Assembly (NCBI GenBank): GCA_000092065.1
Contig: CP000595.1
Origin: Ostreococcus lucimarinus
Lineage: Eukaryota
DNA length: 64,000 bases
Reading direction: 5' to 3' (one strand)
Each line of letters starts with the position of its first letter. Positions within the stretch are counted from its first letter, which is position 1. Shown here in pieces: positions 39,667 to 49,878 of this stretch. A program made the position numbers and the translations under genes. The notes below the pieces were generated by a model, which searched no databases, was not told the origin of the DNA, and saw only the letters and a list, made by a program, of their open reading frames with translations.

Positions 39667-40710
39667 ATGCGCGACGCGCTCGATCGCCTCGCGTCGGACG
39701 CGCTGGTGGTTCTGAACGACCTCGGCGACGCGGTCGACGCGCCGAGCGCGTACGGGGACGCGCACGGGACGCGCTTGAGCGCCGCGGATGCGAATTTGTT
39801 GAAAAAGTTGTTTCGCGCGTTCGCCGCGCGCGACGGCGGGGCGCCGTGGCGACGCGCGAGCGACGCGGACGGCGCGCGCGTGTATCGCCGCGCGTCGGCG
39901 AGCGCGGCGTCGAGGGCGCACCAAGTGCTGGGGGTGACGGAGACGAGGGCGAGCGCGGATGAGGTGTTCGCGTTCTTTAGCGAGGCGAGCGCGTTCGACG
40001 AACACTTTAAGATTCTGGACGACATGTTCAAGGGAGGGGACGTGCTGAGCTATAGGTTGTACGACGACATGGTGAAGACGACGGGGGGCGAGGGCGGTGC
40101 GGTCGAGCGCGCGGGGGCGGGTGGAGGAGAGGGGGCGAAAACGCGACGGCGCGCGCGGGGACTTTGGAATCGAGGCGCGAATTTCGGCGAGTTGTTCGAG
40201 CGGTTGGAGAGATCGGCCAAGGCGAAGGCGCGAGACGCGAAGGCGCGAGGGACGGGGCGCGCGAGCGAGGGGAATCGGTCGGCGATGGAGACGATCGAGT
40301 CGGTGCCGCCGGAGCGGCCCGACGCGAGTAATCCGCTCGGATGTCGTCCGGGACACGCGATTTTGCGAGGGACGTTTAGGCTTCCGTCCATCATACGCGA
40401 CCGCGATTTCGTGTGGGAGCAATTGACGATGAAGATGCCGAACGGGGCCGTCGTCGTCGCCGCGCAATCGATCGAAAATGGCGTCGTCAACGCCGTGGCG
40501 CCGCCGCTCGAGGGACACGTGCGCGGTGCAATTCTCGTTTCGGGATACTACGCCGTGCCGAATCGGGAGACCGGTGGATCGACGTTGTTTTACGTCGTTC
40601 AGGCCGACCCGAAAGGCGTGCTCCCGATGTGGGTGGTGAACTTGGTGGCGCCGGATCAAGCGCAAAACGTCGCTCGACTTCGTAACCACCTCGACGGGCC
40701 GAAGAAGTGA
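39667..40710 (+). CDS. START (StAR-related lipid-transfer) domain protein
   Basis: This is the C-terminal 347 codons of ORF 38758..40710, from the verified ATG at 39667. It has START-domain hallmarks: APWRRASDADGARVYRR..., FRLPSIIRDRDFVWEQ..., and GSTLFYVVQADPKGVLPMWVVNLV. Confidence 0.6.
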   Translation: MRDALDRLASDALVVLNDLGDAVDAPSAYGDAHGTRLSAADANLLKKLFRAFAARDGGAPWRRASDADGARVYRRASASAASRAHQVLGVTETRASADEVFAFFSEASAFDEHFKILDDMFKGGDVLSYRLYDDMVKTTGGEGGAVERAGAGGGEGAKTRRRARGLWNRGANFGELFERLERSAKAKARDAKARGTGRASEGNRSAMETIESVPPERPDASNPLGCRPGHAILRGTFRLPSIIRDRDFVWEQLTMKMPNGAVVVAAQSIENGVVNAVAPPLEGHVRGAILVSGYYAVPNRETGGSTLFYVVQADPKGVLPMWVVNLVAPDQAQNVARLRNHLDGPKK

Positions 40711-40799
40711 ATAGATTATTTCGCGGCGGCTCGCGCGCGCGGGCTAGGAACGCGTAACAACAACGCCGCTAACGTTCTAATGTGTATCTCTAAGGTAAT

Positions 40800-42329
40800 C
40801 TAAAACGCGTCGTCGACCTCGCACCCGAATAACGCGCGCGCCATTCGCCCGACGATCATCTCCAACAGCGCCGGTTCGCGCGCCGCGGCGTCGATGAAGC
40901 CTTCGACGTGGCGCAAACGTTCGTGGCCGTCGACGTCGACGTCGTCGTCGTCCGCGACGTTTCGCGGCGCTAATTTCACGCGCATCATAGCGCGCGTGGG
41001 GTTGACGTGCGCGTGCACGCACAGCAGTAGCGTTCGCACGGATTCGCGAAACGCCGCGGGAAAGTTTTTGTGCGACGCGCGACTCCAGCGCGTGGGATTG
41101 CCGACGCGCCAGCAGTGCGCGACGCCGCCGTCACACGTCGCGCCATACATCTCATCTCGAGCGGGCGTGATCGCGAGCAAGCTTGGAAGCGTTCGTCTGT
41201 GCCCGCTCGTGTCGTGAAAGTGCTGCGCCGGGTGAAGCGAGGTGATCAACGCGCCGTTGCCCGGATTGATGACCCAAATCGCGCCGTCGCGATGCGCCAA
41301 GAATAAGCTCCCGCCCACGCTGCACAGCGAACCGCAGTCGATGAAGACGTTGGACGCGCCGAGCCCTTCGATGCTAAACCGATTCACCTCCGCGCCGTCC
41401 TCGGCGTCTAAAATCACGAGCTTTACGGACGAATCCGGAGCCGCGTACGTCGTCCCGTGCACCATCTCCTCGCACGAGCACGTCGCCGCGCGAGACGACA
41501 ACGTCCCTCCCCTGTCGATCACGGCCGCGCCGGCGAGAAACACCCCTCGTCCCGGCTCGCGCCTCGAGCGCCAAATCAACCGCGCGCGCCCGAGATCGTT
41601 CACCTCCACCGCCGCGACGCTCTTTTGATCCATCGACGTCGCGACGAATCCGTCGCCGCCCAACGCCGCGTACGCCGACGTCGTCCCCAACCACGTGCTC
41701 TTCGCCATCGACGCGAATCCCTTCGCCTCTCCCGAAGCCGTCGACGGCGACAGCGTCTCGACGTCCCACACCGCCAGGCTCGCCCCCCCGGAGCCGTGCC
41801 GCGCGACCAACGTCCCCGCGCGCCGCGCTCGACCGACGACGACCAGCCGCGCGCACCGCGTCGCCGACGCGTCCCGCGCCCGACCCCATCCCGCGTCCCA
41901 TCCCGGCGGCGTCAGCGTCGCCACTTTACTCGCCTCCATCCCGCGCTCGCGCGCGCATCGATACACCCACACCGACCCGTCCGTCATCCCGACGGCGAAC
42001 TCGTCCGCGTCGTCGCGCGTCGCCGCCGCGCTCGCGCACCCTCGCGCGCCTCGCGCGCGCCGCCACACCCCCCGACCGCGCCCGCGCGGCGCGAAGTACA
42101 CGACGCCGTCCCCCGGCGCGCTCGGCGCGCATCCCGCGCACGCGACGACGCCGCGCGACGTCGCGAGCGCGTGACACTCGAACCGCGTCGCGCCTTCGTC
42201 GTCGCTCGACGCGTCGCCGTCGGCGTTCGAGACGCCGATCGAGACGCGACGCGCCGGGCGATCGACGTAGTCGTCCGCGGCGCGCTCGAGCACGACGGCG
42301 CTCCGCGAGCGCGCGCCGCGCGGACGCAT
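40800..42329 (-). CDS. WD40-repeat protein (hypothetical)
   Basis: ATG at 42329 was verified. There are repeated WD-like blades (GSVWVYR, LAVWDVETL, WVINPGNG, HCWRVGN) and a conserved-looking C-terminal tail. No specific ortholog was recognised. Confidence 0.5.
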   Translation of the reverse strand: MRPRGARSRSAVVLERAADDYVDRPARRVSIGVSNADGDASSDDEGATRFECHALATSRGVVACAGCAPSAPGDGVVYFAPRGRGRGVWRRARGARGCASAAATRDDADEFAVGMTDGSVWVYRCARERGMEASKVATLTPPGWDAGWGRARDASATRCARLVVVGRARRAGTLVARHGSGGASLAVWDVETLSPSTASGEAKGFASMAKSTWLGTTSAYAALGGDGFVATSMDQKSVAAVEVNDLGRARLIWRSRREPGRGVFLAGAAVIDRGGTLSSRAATCSCEEMVHGTTYAAPDSSVKLVILDAEDGAEVNRFSIEGLGASNVFIDCGSLCSVGGSLFLAHRDGAIWVINPGNGALITSLHPAQHFHDTSGHRRTLPSLLAITPARDEMYGATCDGGVAHCWRVGNPTRWSRASHKNFPAAFRESVRTLLLCVHAHVNPTRAMMRVKLAPRNVADDDDVDVDGHERLRHVEGFIDAAAREPALLEMIVGRMARALFGCEVDDAF

Positions 42330-42406
42330 CCCGCGGTGTGACGATTACACGCCGCACTCGCCGACGCGCGACGACGCGCGACGACGCGCGTGCCGGCGTT
42401 CTCGAG

Positions 42407-43456
42407 ATGCCGGAAGACGCCGCGACAACCGACGCCGTCGCGCGCGCCACCGCGACGCTCGGCGACGCGCGCGCGCCGACGCCCGCGCGCTTCTCCGCGC
42501 TCTTCCAGCTCCGCGCGCTCGCGACGCCCGACGCCGTCGACGCGCTCGTCGAGCGGCTGCGCGCGTCGCGCTCGGATTCGGCGCTCGTGCGGCACGAGTG
42601 CGCGTTCGCGCTGGGGCAGATGCGCGCGCGACGCGCGATCGACGCGCTGATGGAGACGCTGCGGGACGGCGACGACGACGGGATGGTTCGACACGAGTGC
42701 GCCGAGGCGCTGGGCGCGATCGCGAGCGACGATGGACGATGCGCGACGGCGCTGAGGGAAGCGGCGGGGGATGCGCGCCGGGAGGTGGCGGAGACGGCGG
42801 CGCTGGCGCTGAGGAAACTGGAGATGTGCGGCGCGGGGGGCGCGAGGGACACGGGGAGCGCGACGGGGAGCGCGAAGGAACGCGCGAGTCGACGACGCGA
42901 CGACGGAGGGACGACGGGGGGGGCAGAGGAGGGTAAAACGGAGACGACGTGTTTGAGCGTCGATCCGATCCCGGCGATGCCGACGGAGACGCCGTTCGAG
43001 CGATTGAAGGCGGTGGTTTTGGACGACGCGCACGAAATGTGGGAGCGGTACGCGGCGATGTTCGCGTTGCGGAATAAATCGTGCGCCGATCGAGAATCCA
43101 GCGACGCGTGCGCGGACGTCCTGGGCGAGGTTTTGAGCGCGAGCGGGAGCGCGCTGCTGAAGCACGAGGTGTGCTACGTGTTGGGGCAATTACAGAGCGC
43201 GAGCCCGGGGGCGCGAGACGCGTTGATTCGATGCCTCGAAGACTCGCGCGAGCACCCCATGGTGCGTCACGAAGCCGCCGAAGCGCTCGGATCGATCGCG
43301 CATCCGAGCACGCGAGGGTACCTCGAGTCGTTCGCGTCCGATCCCGAGCCCATCATCGCCGAATCGTGCGAAGTGGCGCTCGAAATCATGCGCCGAGAGC
43401 GCGAGGGCGAAATCGTCACCGCCGACGGCGCCGTCGTCGCCGTCAAACGCGACTGA
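42407..43456 (+). CDS. DOHH: Deoxyhypusine hydroxylase (DOHH; eIF5A hypusine biosynthesis)
   Basis: The ORF-track start at 42338 is GTG; the first ATG at 42407 was verified. It has the symmetric HEAT-repeat dyads with four HE motifs (VRHECAFALGQM, VRHECAEALGAI, LKHEVCYVLGQL, VRHEAAEALGSI) and is collinear with human DOHH. Confidence 0.9.
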   Translation: MPEDAATTDAVARATATLGDARAPTPARFSALFQLRALATPDAVDALVERLRASRSDSALVRHECAFALGQMRARRAIDALMETLRDGDDDGMVRHECAEALGAIASDDGRCATALREAAGDARREVAETAALALRKLEMCGAGGARDTGSATGSAKERASRRRDDGGTTGGAEEGKTETTCLSVDPIPAMPTETPFERLKAVVLDDAHEMWERYAAMFALRNKSCADRESSDACADVLGEVLSASGSALLKHEVCYVLGQLQSASPGARDALIRCLEDSREHPMVRHEAAEALGSIAHPSTRGYLESFASDPEPIIAESCEVALEIMRREREGEIVTADGAVVAVKRD

Positions 43457-43623
43457 GCGCCACCGCGCGATACCGCGCGATACCGCGCGCGTCTACGTTT
43501 TATAAAATGCGCACGCGCACGCATTCATCGCCGCGTATTCATCGCGCGCGCTCGAAGAGATTTCCTCGCGTCCCGACGCGCGTCCCGGTCGCCGCGGCGC
43601 AACCCTCCCCACAATCCCACGCC

Positions 43624-43992
43624 ATGACCGCCAACCTCGCCTCCCGTCCCCTCGCCCGCCTCCCGCCCGAGGTCAACCGCACGCTGTACGTCCGTAACCT
43701 CCCCTTCAACGTCAGCAGCGAGGACATGCACGAGATATTCGGTAAATACGGCGCCCTGCGACAGATTCGCCTCGGGACGACCAAGGCGACCAAGGGCACC
43801 GCCTACGTCGTCTACGAGGACATCCACGACGCCAAGCAGGCGTGCGAGCACCTCAGCGGATTCAACGTCGCGAACCGCTACCTGATCGTGCTGTATCACC
43901 AGAGCGGAAAGGCGACGCAGAGCGTCGAGCGACGCGCGGCGGAGACGGCGCGTCTGCAGCGCGAGCACGGCGTCTCGGGAACGCAAACCTGA
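43624..43992 (+). CDS. SF3B6: Splicing factor 3B subunit 6 (SF3B6/p14/SF3b14a)
   Basis: ATG at 43624 is in frame within ORF 43081..43992; the upstream part of that ORF is low-complexity. LPPEVNRTLYVRNLPFNVSSEDMHEIFGKYGALRQIRLGTTKATKGTAYVVYEDIHDAKQACEHLSGFNVANRYLIVLY is near-identical to p14. Confidence 0.9.
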   Translation: MTANLASRPLARLPPEVNRTLYVRNLPFNVSSEDMHEIFGKYGALRQIRLGTTKATKGTAYVVYEDIHDAKQACEHLSGFNVANRYLIVLYHQSGKATQSVERRAAETARLQREHGVSGTQT

Positions 43993-44407
43993 CGCTCGAC
44001 GCCCGCGAGCGCGATATTTTAGCGCGTGTAACGATAGTGATTAGCGTACTAGTGCCGAACGCGGCGCCGCGGACGCGGTCGGATTCATCGCGTCGCGTCG
44101 CGTCGCCGTCGTCGCCACTCGTCGCCTCGCGCGACGCGAATGCGCTCGAGCGCGCGACCGTACGTCGCGGGTGCGCTCATTTTGTGGGCCGTCGCGCTGC
44201 AGGCGCACGTGTGGAGCATCCCGGACGCGGAGTTGAGGCGATTGCGCGGAGATTCGCGCGTGTCTTTCGTCCCCAGCGCGCGCGGGGTGCATGCGCGCGG
44301 GGCGAGGCGCGACGGCGACGACGACGACGACGCGAGCGCGCGGCGACGCGATTAAAGCGAAACGCTCGAAGGTCGCGCGAACGACGCGCGCAAACGCGCG
44401 GCGAGTC

Positions 44408-46894
44408 ATGGCGGGAGAGGCGGCGGCGATCGACGTGACGACGCTGCTGTCGACGTGCGTCGACGCGGCGGGACGCGGGTGCGCGGAGATACGGCGAGTG
44501 CAAAAAGCGCGCGATGAAGCGGCGAGCGACGATGAGAGCGCGTTCGTGGTGACGAGAAAAGTGGCGAGCGATCCGCGGTCGGCGCTGACGGAGGCGGACG
44601 TGGCGGCGCAGAGCGCGATCGTGAGCGCGTTGAGGGCGCGGTGGCCGACGGTGAAAATCGTGGGCGAGGAGGACGAAAACGACGACGCGGCGCCGATGAG
44701 CCCGAAGCGAGGGGCGCCGCTACGCGAGGATTTGTGTGCGGCGATTGAAACGTGCGATGACGCGCGATTGCGGACGATGCGGGTGAAAAGCGAGGACGTG
44801 ACGGTGTTCATCGATCCCGTGGACGGGACGCGAGAATTCGTCGAGTCGCGTCTGCGCGCGGTGCAGTGCTTGATCGGAATCGCCGTGCGCGGACGCGCGG
44901 TGGCGGGTGCGATCGGGTTGCCGTTTCCTGATGGTGACGTCGCGTCGTCGGAGGCGTGCGTGGTGTACGGCGCGGTGGCGCCGGGGGCGAAGCGCGGCGC
45001 CGTGGGCGCGCACGGCGAGCGCGGCGCCGCTCTCGAGATACGATTCGACGCAGAGAACGCGCAGGTGCGCTCGGTGACGGGAGATTCCAAAAATGCGGCG
45101 TTAATCGCGGCGAAAGAGATTTTGCGAGAGACGGCGACGAAAAGCGGGGCGACGTACGCGCACGGCTCGATCGGCGGCGCCGGGAATAAATTGCTCGCCG
45201 TCGCGGAAGGTCGCGCCGAGTACGCTTTGATGCACTTCGGGACGTCGCTGTGGGACACGTGCGCACCCGAAGCGATCGTTCGCGCGTGCGGGGGGAAAGT
45301 GACGGATTTATACGGCGCGCCGCTGATGCATTACGAAGACTCGCCGGGGGGGTTGGTGAACCAACTCGGCGTCGTCGGTTCGTCCGCCGCGTGCGAAGGC
45401 GCGATTTCGCACGACGCCGTGTGCTCGGAGATGCGTGGAAACGAAGACTTGAAGAAGATGCTGAATCGCTTCACGGGTGGTGATAGCTCGCTCGCATTCG
45501 GCGGCGATGAAATTCAGGCGAGCGACGTCGCGCGGTGTTTGGGCGGCGGACCGTTGTCGGCGCGAGACGTCGGCGACCGCGTCGCGCGCGCCGTCGGCGC
45601 CGAAGGCGACGTCTCGCTTTCCGGATACTCCGCCCCCGAGCGCGACGCCGTGCGCGGTTTGATGAGCGATGCGTGTCGTATCTATTTCAAATGGTCCACA
45701 GACGACGACGGTCGTCTGCCCCGGTCGGCGTTCTACAAAAAAGTCGACATGGGCAATCTCGAATACATGCGCACCAAGCAAGTCACGCAACCGCTCAAAA
45801 TTGCGCGCGACAGTAAATCGTACGCCGTCGAGGCGTCGTTTCTCGCCTCGGACGCGTGTAAGGCGCTCGAAGAAGCGGGCATCGGCGTACCGATATGCTA
45901 CGCCGCCGACTTGCGACCGGTGCACGACGACCCGATCGAGAGCAAGTTTTCCCTCTTGCTCGAAGACTTTCACCCGAGCGACGGTTGGGAACAGGCGAAG
46001 ATGCTTCGACCGGATCAAGCCAAATGCGCGCTCAGAGCGCTCGCGCGCATGCACGCGTTCTTCCTTCCGGGAAGTCGCTTCCGAAAGTCATCGAAAGCCG
46101 CGAATGAGGATCTTCTCGCCACGGTTTGGAGCTCGGGCGGATATTGGCAACCGAACATGCAACCGGACGATCAGATGGACGTCGTGGCGAGCGCGTGGGA
46201 GCAGCATATGTCCAGCTTCGGCGCCGCGATTGAGGCCGAGCCGACGATCGACATCGCCGTGGCGCGAACCGTCGGTGCGAGATTACAGTCGCACGCGCGT
46301 CGAATAGGCGCGGAGACGCACCCGTTTTCGGGATGTCCGGGCGCCGACGACGCGTTGCGACACGGCGGCGAGAGACTGGCGGCGCTGCAAACCGTCATCC
46401 ACGGTGATCCGAAATCGGGTAACATTTTTGAGCGACGCGCGGGGGAGTCCGACGAATGGGAAATCGGTCTGATCGATTTCCAATGGACCGGGATCGGGCT
46501 CGGCGGTACGGATGTCGGGCATTTTATGTGCGCGTCCGTGGCGCCGGAGGGGCTGAGCGCCGACGGCGCCGCGGAAAACGCACTCGTCGACGTGTACTAC
46601 GACGCGTTTTGTGAAGCCGCGGCGGAATTCGGCGCGGTGTCGAGTAAAGAAAACGCTGGCGAAGAGTTGCTCACGCGAGAAGAGTTACAAGTGCAGTATG
46701 AAAACGGAGTATTGGATACGATGCGATGCGTGTTTGGCTACCAGTGGCTTCGCGTCAAGGCGTCGCCCGAGTCGCTCGCGAAGAACGCACAGTCCATAGG
46801 GCGCAACAGTTACAACAAGTCGCTCCCGAACGCGTTGTGGATGATTCGCACTGCGGATTTGTATCTCAAGGCGCGCGAAGCGAGAGCGCATTAA
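44408..46894 (+). CDS. Two-domain fusion protein: N-terminal inositol-monophosphatase/PAP-phosphatase (FIG) fold plus C-terminal APH/choline-kinase/EcKL-type kinase-like domain
   Basis: N-terminal IMPase-superfamily motifs: VFIDPVDGTREFV and WDTCAPEAIVRACGGKVTDLYGAPL. C-terminal kinase-like motifs: VIHGDPKSGNIF (HGD...N catalytic loop) and IGLIDFQWTG (DFG-equivalent). ATG 44408 gives MAGEAAAIDVTTLL..., typical of an IMPase N-terminus. An alternative ATG at 44291 would add a Thr/Arg-rich leader. Confidence 0.6.
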   Translation: MAGEAAAIDVTTLLSTCVDAAGRGCAEIRRVQKARDEAASDDESAFVVTRKVASDPRSALTEADVAAQSAIVSALRARWPTVKIVGEEDENDDAAPMSPKRGAPLREDLCAAIETCDDARLRTMRVKSEDVTVFIDPVDGTREFVESRLRAVQCLIGIAVRGRAVAGAIGLPFPDGDVASSEACVVYGAVAPGAKRGAVGAHGERGAALEIRFDAENAQVRSVTGDSKNAALIAAKEILRETATKSGATYAHGSIGGAGNKLLAVAEGRAEYALMHFGTSLWDTCAPEAIVRACGGKVTDLYGAPLMHYEDSPGGLVNQLGVVGSSAACEGAISHDAVCSEMRGNEDLKKMLNRFTGGDSSLAFGGDEIQASDVARCLGGGPLSARDVGDRVARAVGAEGDVSLSGYSAPERDAVRGLMSDACRIYFKWSTDDDGRLPRSAFYKKVDMGNLEYMRTKQVTQPLKIARDSKSYAVEASFLASDACKALEEAGIGVPICYAADLRPVHDDPIESKFSLLLEDFHPSDGWEQAKMLRPDQAKCALRALARMHAFFLPGSRFRKSSKAANEDLLATVWSSGGYWQPNMQPDDQMDVVASAWEQHMSSFGAAIEAEPTIDIAVARTVGARLQSHARRIGAETHPFSGCPGADDALRHGGERLAALQTVIHGDPKSGNIFERRAGESDEWEIGLIDFQWTGIGLGGTDVGHFMCASVAPEGLSADGAAENALVDVYYDAFCEAAAEFGAVSSKENAGEELLTREELQVQYENGVLDTMRCVFGYQWLRVKASPESLAKNAQSIGRNSYNKSLPNALWMIRTADLYLKAREARAH

Positions 46895-46927
46895 ATGATT
46901 TGTTGAGTAAGATATGAGTTGAAATTT

Positions 46928-48388
46928 TCACGCGCACACGCTCTTCTTCGATCGAAGCTCGACGGTGTATTTGTCTGGAATCGCGTCGCGCTCCATTTCT
47001 TTGACTTTACGCTCGCGAATTTGTTCAAGTAAAACGTGCGTTTGTCTTTCGCGCCGGCGCGCCTCTTCAGCCTCTTCAGCCGCGCGCGCCTCCGCCCGTC
47101 GTTTCGCCTCTTCGTTGGATTGCATTTGATGGATTAAATCGCGCTTGTGCGCCGCCGCTGCCTCGCGCCGCGCCTCCTCTCTCTGCCGCTCCGCCAGCAG
47201 CTGCGCCTCGTACTCTCGTTTCAAACGTTCGGCGTTTTCTTTTTCGTTCTCCTTCTCGATGCGCTGCAATCGCACCTTTTCTTCGTGCTGCGCCACGCGA
47301 GCGGCGGCTAAATCTTCAAGCATTTGGCGTCGCTTGGCGCGTTCGGCGCGTTCCTTCTCGCGCGTCTGTCTGTCGTACTCATCTTGCAGCTTTTGAGCGC
47401 GAATAAAGTCTTGCTCGGCGCGACCATCGATGTACTTTTCTTGCATCGAACGAAGACGCGCGGTCTCGAGTTCGCGCGCTCGGCGCTGCGCTTCCTCCTC
47501 GGCGGCTTTGGCGGCGTCGCGCTCGGCTTTCAATCGCAAGTACTCCATCACGCGTTCATCTTCCGCGCGTTCGGCGCGCTCGGCCTCGGCTTTGCGCTTG
47601 ATTTGTTCTTCGTTTTCAGCGTTTATCTCGTCCAGAAGTTTCAGCGCGGCCACGCGCTTGCGCTGCTTGTCCGCGGCGTCCTCTTCGAAGGCGCGCTCGA
47701 TGTCTTCGACGCGCTTGCGAGATTCCCGCTCGCGGCGTTCCTGCTCCATCGCGCGCGCGCGCTCGCGCTCCGCGATTTGCTCGCGCAGCGTATCTGCGCC
47801 GAGTTTCATCTCGAACCTACGCTCGCGTTCGCGACGTTCCATGCGCGCGATCGCGGCGACGCGATCGCGCTCCATCTCCTCGTCCAACCGTCGCCGCTCC
47901 GCCTCGGCGGCGATTCGCAGCGCGCGCTTCTCCTCCACCTGCGCGTCTCGCGACGTCATAACCTTGCCGTACAAAACCATAGAATTCATCTCGCGCACGT
48001 CCGCGAGATCATTCTCGAGCTCAGCCGCCGCGCGCGCTCGAGTCTCCCCATCCGTCTCCTCTCGCACGGTGCGCCTCGGCGCCGCCGCGTCGCCCTCCCG
48101 CGCGTCCTCCGCGCCCCGATTCGTCTCCGCCTTCCCTCGCGCGCGCGCAGCGTCCGCCGCGCGCATGCGCTCGCGCCGCGCGCGCTCGCGCGCCGCCGCC
48201 TCCGTCCCACCGTCGCCCGCGCCCGCGTCCGCGTCCGCGTCCGCGTCCGCGCGCGTCGCTTCGTCTCGCTCCTCCCCGCCGTCGTCCCACCGCCCGCGCG
48301 CGCGTCGCGCCATCGCGCGCGCCTCCTCGCGCGTCACGCGCGAAAACCCACCGCGCGCGCCCGCCGCCGCGCGGTGGGTCGTCGCCAT
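46928..48388 (-). CDS. Charged coiled-coil TPH-domain protein (CFAP45/MNS1-like, probable flagellar protein)
   Basis: ATG at 48388 was verified. About 400 residues of continuous E/R/K-rich heptad repeats follow the trichohyalin-plectin-homology pattern. No enzymatic motifs are present. The N-terminus is low-complexity with DADADA coding repeats. Confidence 0.45.
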   Translation of the reverse strand: MATTHRAAAGARGGFSRVTREEARAMARRARGRWDDGGEERDEATRADADADADAGAGDGGTEAAARERARRERMRAADAARARGKAETNRGAEDAREGDAAAPRRTVREETDGETRARAAAELENDLADVREMNSMVLYGKVMTSRDAQVEEKRALRIAAEAERRRLDEEMERDRVAAIARMERRERERRFEMKLGADTLREQIAERERARAMEQERRERESRKRVEDIERAFEEDAADKQRKRVAALKLLDEINAENEEQIKRKAEAERAERAEDERVMEYLRLKAERDAAKAAEEEAQRRARELETARLRSMQEKYIDGRAEQDFIRAQKLQDEYDRQTREKERAERAKRRQMLEDLAAARVAQHEEKVRLQRIEKENEKENAERLKREYEAQLLAERQREEARREAAAAHKRDLIHQMQSNEEAKRRAEARAAEEAEEARRRERQTHVLLEQIRERKVKEMERDAIPDKYTVELRSKKSVCA

Positions 48389-48561
48389 CGTCGCGCGCCG
48401 GTCTCTCGCGTCGACGCGTCGACGCGTCGATTCGTCGATTCGCGTCGCTATTTTTAGCCGCGACGCGTCCGGTCGCCCCGCGCCCTCGCCGACGACGATC
48501 GCGCCCGAACGCGTCGCGCGATCGCGCGCGGCGGTATTATTTAACGCGCGCGTTTCGTTCG

Positions 48562-48678
48562 CGCGTCGTTCACGCGTCGTTTTCGCGTCGTTTCGGCGTC
48601 GTTTTCGCGTCGTTTTAAATCTTCAAGTCTCGAGACGCTCGAGCGAAACGATCGATTTTCGCGTCTGTGCGCGACGTT

Positions 48679-48707
<29 letters not shown>
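48562..48707. repeat. Simple repeats in a divergent promoter: (CGCGTCGTTT)n about 5 copies at 48562-48616 and (CGTCG)5 at 48681-48707
   Basis: They are directly visible between the CFAP45-like gene (start 48388, minus) and DGAT2 (start 48718, plus). Confidence 0.7.
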
Positions 48708-48709
<2 letters not shown>

Positions 48710-48717
48710 TCGTCGCG

Positions 48718-49767
48718 ATGGCGCGCGCGATACCGTCCGCGATGACGCGCGTCGACGCCGCGCCGTCGGCGAGCGCGTCGGCGCGCGCGTCGTCGGCGAC
48801 GCGCCGACACGCGCTCATGTTCGCGTGGCTCGGATTGATTCACGTCGACGTCGCGGTGACGGCGCTGGCGGTGTGGACGCTGCCGAGCGCGATGGCGGTG
48901 ACGGCGCTCGCGACGCTGGTCGCGGCGGCGGCGATCCCGCGGACGGTGGCGACGCCGAGGTGGGGCGCGCGGTTGGCGCGCGCGGTGACGAGGACGGCGA
49001 CGGCGTACTTTCCGACGCGATTGGAATTCGAAGACGAGGAGGCGTATCTGCGAGCGGTGAGGAACGAAGAGGCGTGCGTGATAGGACTGGAACCGCACGG
49101 GGTGCTGCCGCTGAGCGTGATATCGTTCGCGGAGTATTTTATGCACGATGAGGAGGGGGCGCGGCGACGAGGATTGACGCCGGCGGCGAGACGAGGCGCG
49201 CGGGCGCTGGCGAGCGCGGCGATATTTAAAGTCCCGCTCGTGAAACATCTGTGGACGTGGTTGGGGTTGGATCCGATCTCGAAGGCGTGCATGCTGAGGA
49301 TGCTGCGAGCGGGGAAGACGGCGGTGATCATTCCCGGCGGCGTCGCCGAGTGCATGGCGATGGAACGCGGCGTGGAGACGTTGTATTTGCGCAAGCGATA
49401 CGGATTCGTGAAGATCGCCATCGTGACCGGAGCGAAACTGATTCCCGCGTACACGTTCGGACAAAGTCGGACGTACGGGTACTGGCGGCTCGGGCCGCCG
49501 ATCGTGCCGAAATTCGTGGCGGATTGGATCGGGAAGACGTTTTCGTTCGCGCCGATTATTTTCTGGGGGAAATTTTGCACGCCCATCCCGTACGCGACGG
49601 CGCTCAACACGGTCGTGGGCAAACCGATCGAGGTTGAAAAAAACCCAGATCCGAGCAAGGAAGAGGTTCAGGCGAAATTGGACGAGTTTATCGACGCCAT
49701 GCGTTCGCTGTACGACAGTCACAAGGCGAGATTCGGTTACGAAGACGTTCGACTCGTGATTTGTTAG
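48718..49767 (+). CDS. DGAT2: Diacylglycerol/monoacylglycerol O-acyltransferase, DGAT2 family
   Basis: The ORF-track start at 48667 is GTG; the first ATG at 48718 was verified. There is an N-terminal membrane segment, then the DGAT2 signature EPHGVLPLSV...IPGGVAECMAMERG...LYLRKRYGFVKIAIVTGAKLIPAYTFGQSRTY. Confidence 0.8.
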   Translation: MARAIPSAMTRVDAAPSASASARASSATRRHALMFAWLGLIHVDVAVTALAVWTLPSAMAVTALATLVAAAAIPRTVATPRWGARLARAVTRTATAYFPTRLEFEDEEAYLRAVRNEEACVIGLEPHGVLPLSVISFAEYFMHDEEGARRRGLTPAARRGARALASAAIFKVPLVKHLWTWLGLDPISKACMLRMLRAGKTAVIIPGGVAECMAMERGVETLYLRKRYGFVKIAIVTGAKLIPAYTFGQSRTYGYWRLGPPIVPKFVADWIGKTFSFAPIIFWGKFCTPIPYATALNTVVGKPIEVEKNPDPSKEEVQAKLDEFIDAMRSLYDSHKARFGYEDVRLVIC

Positions 49768-49878
49768 GATTTGTTAGACACATCGAGCGGCCGCGCGATG
49801 TTAAATATAACGTTACAACGACGACAACGACGACAAACGCGGTCCGACGCGGCGCGCTATCGCCGCCTCAAACGCGCG

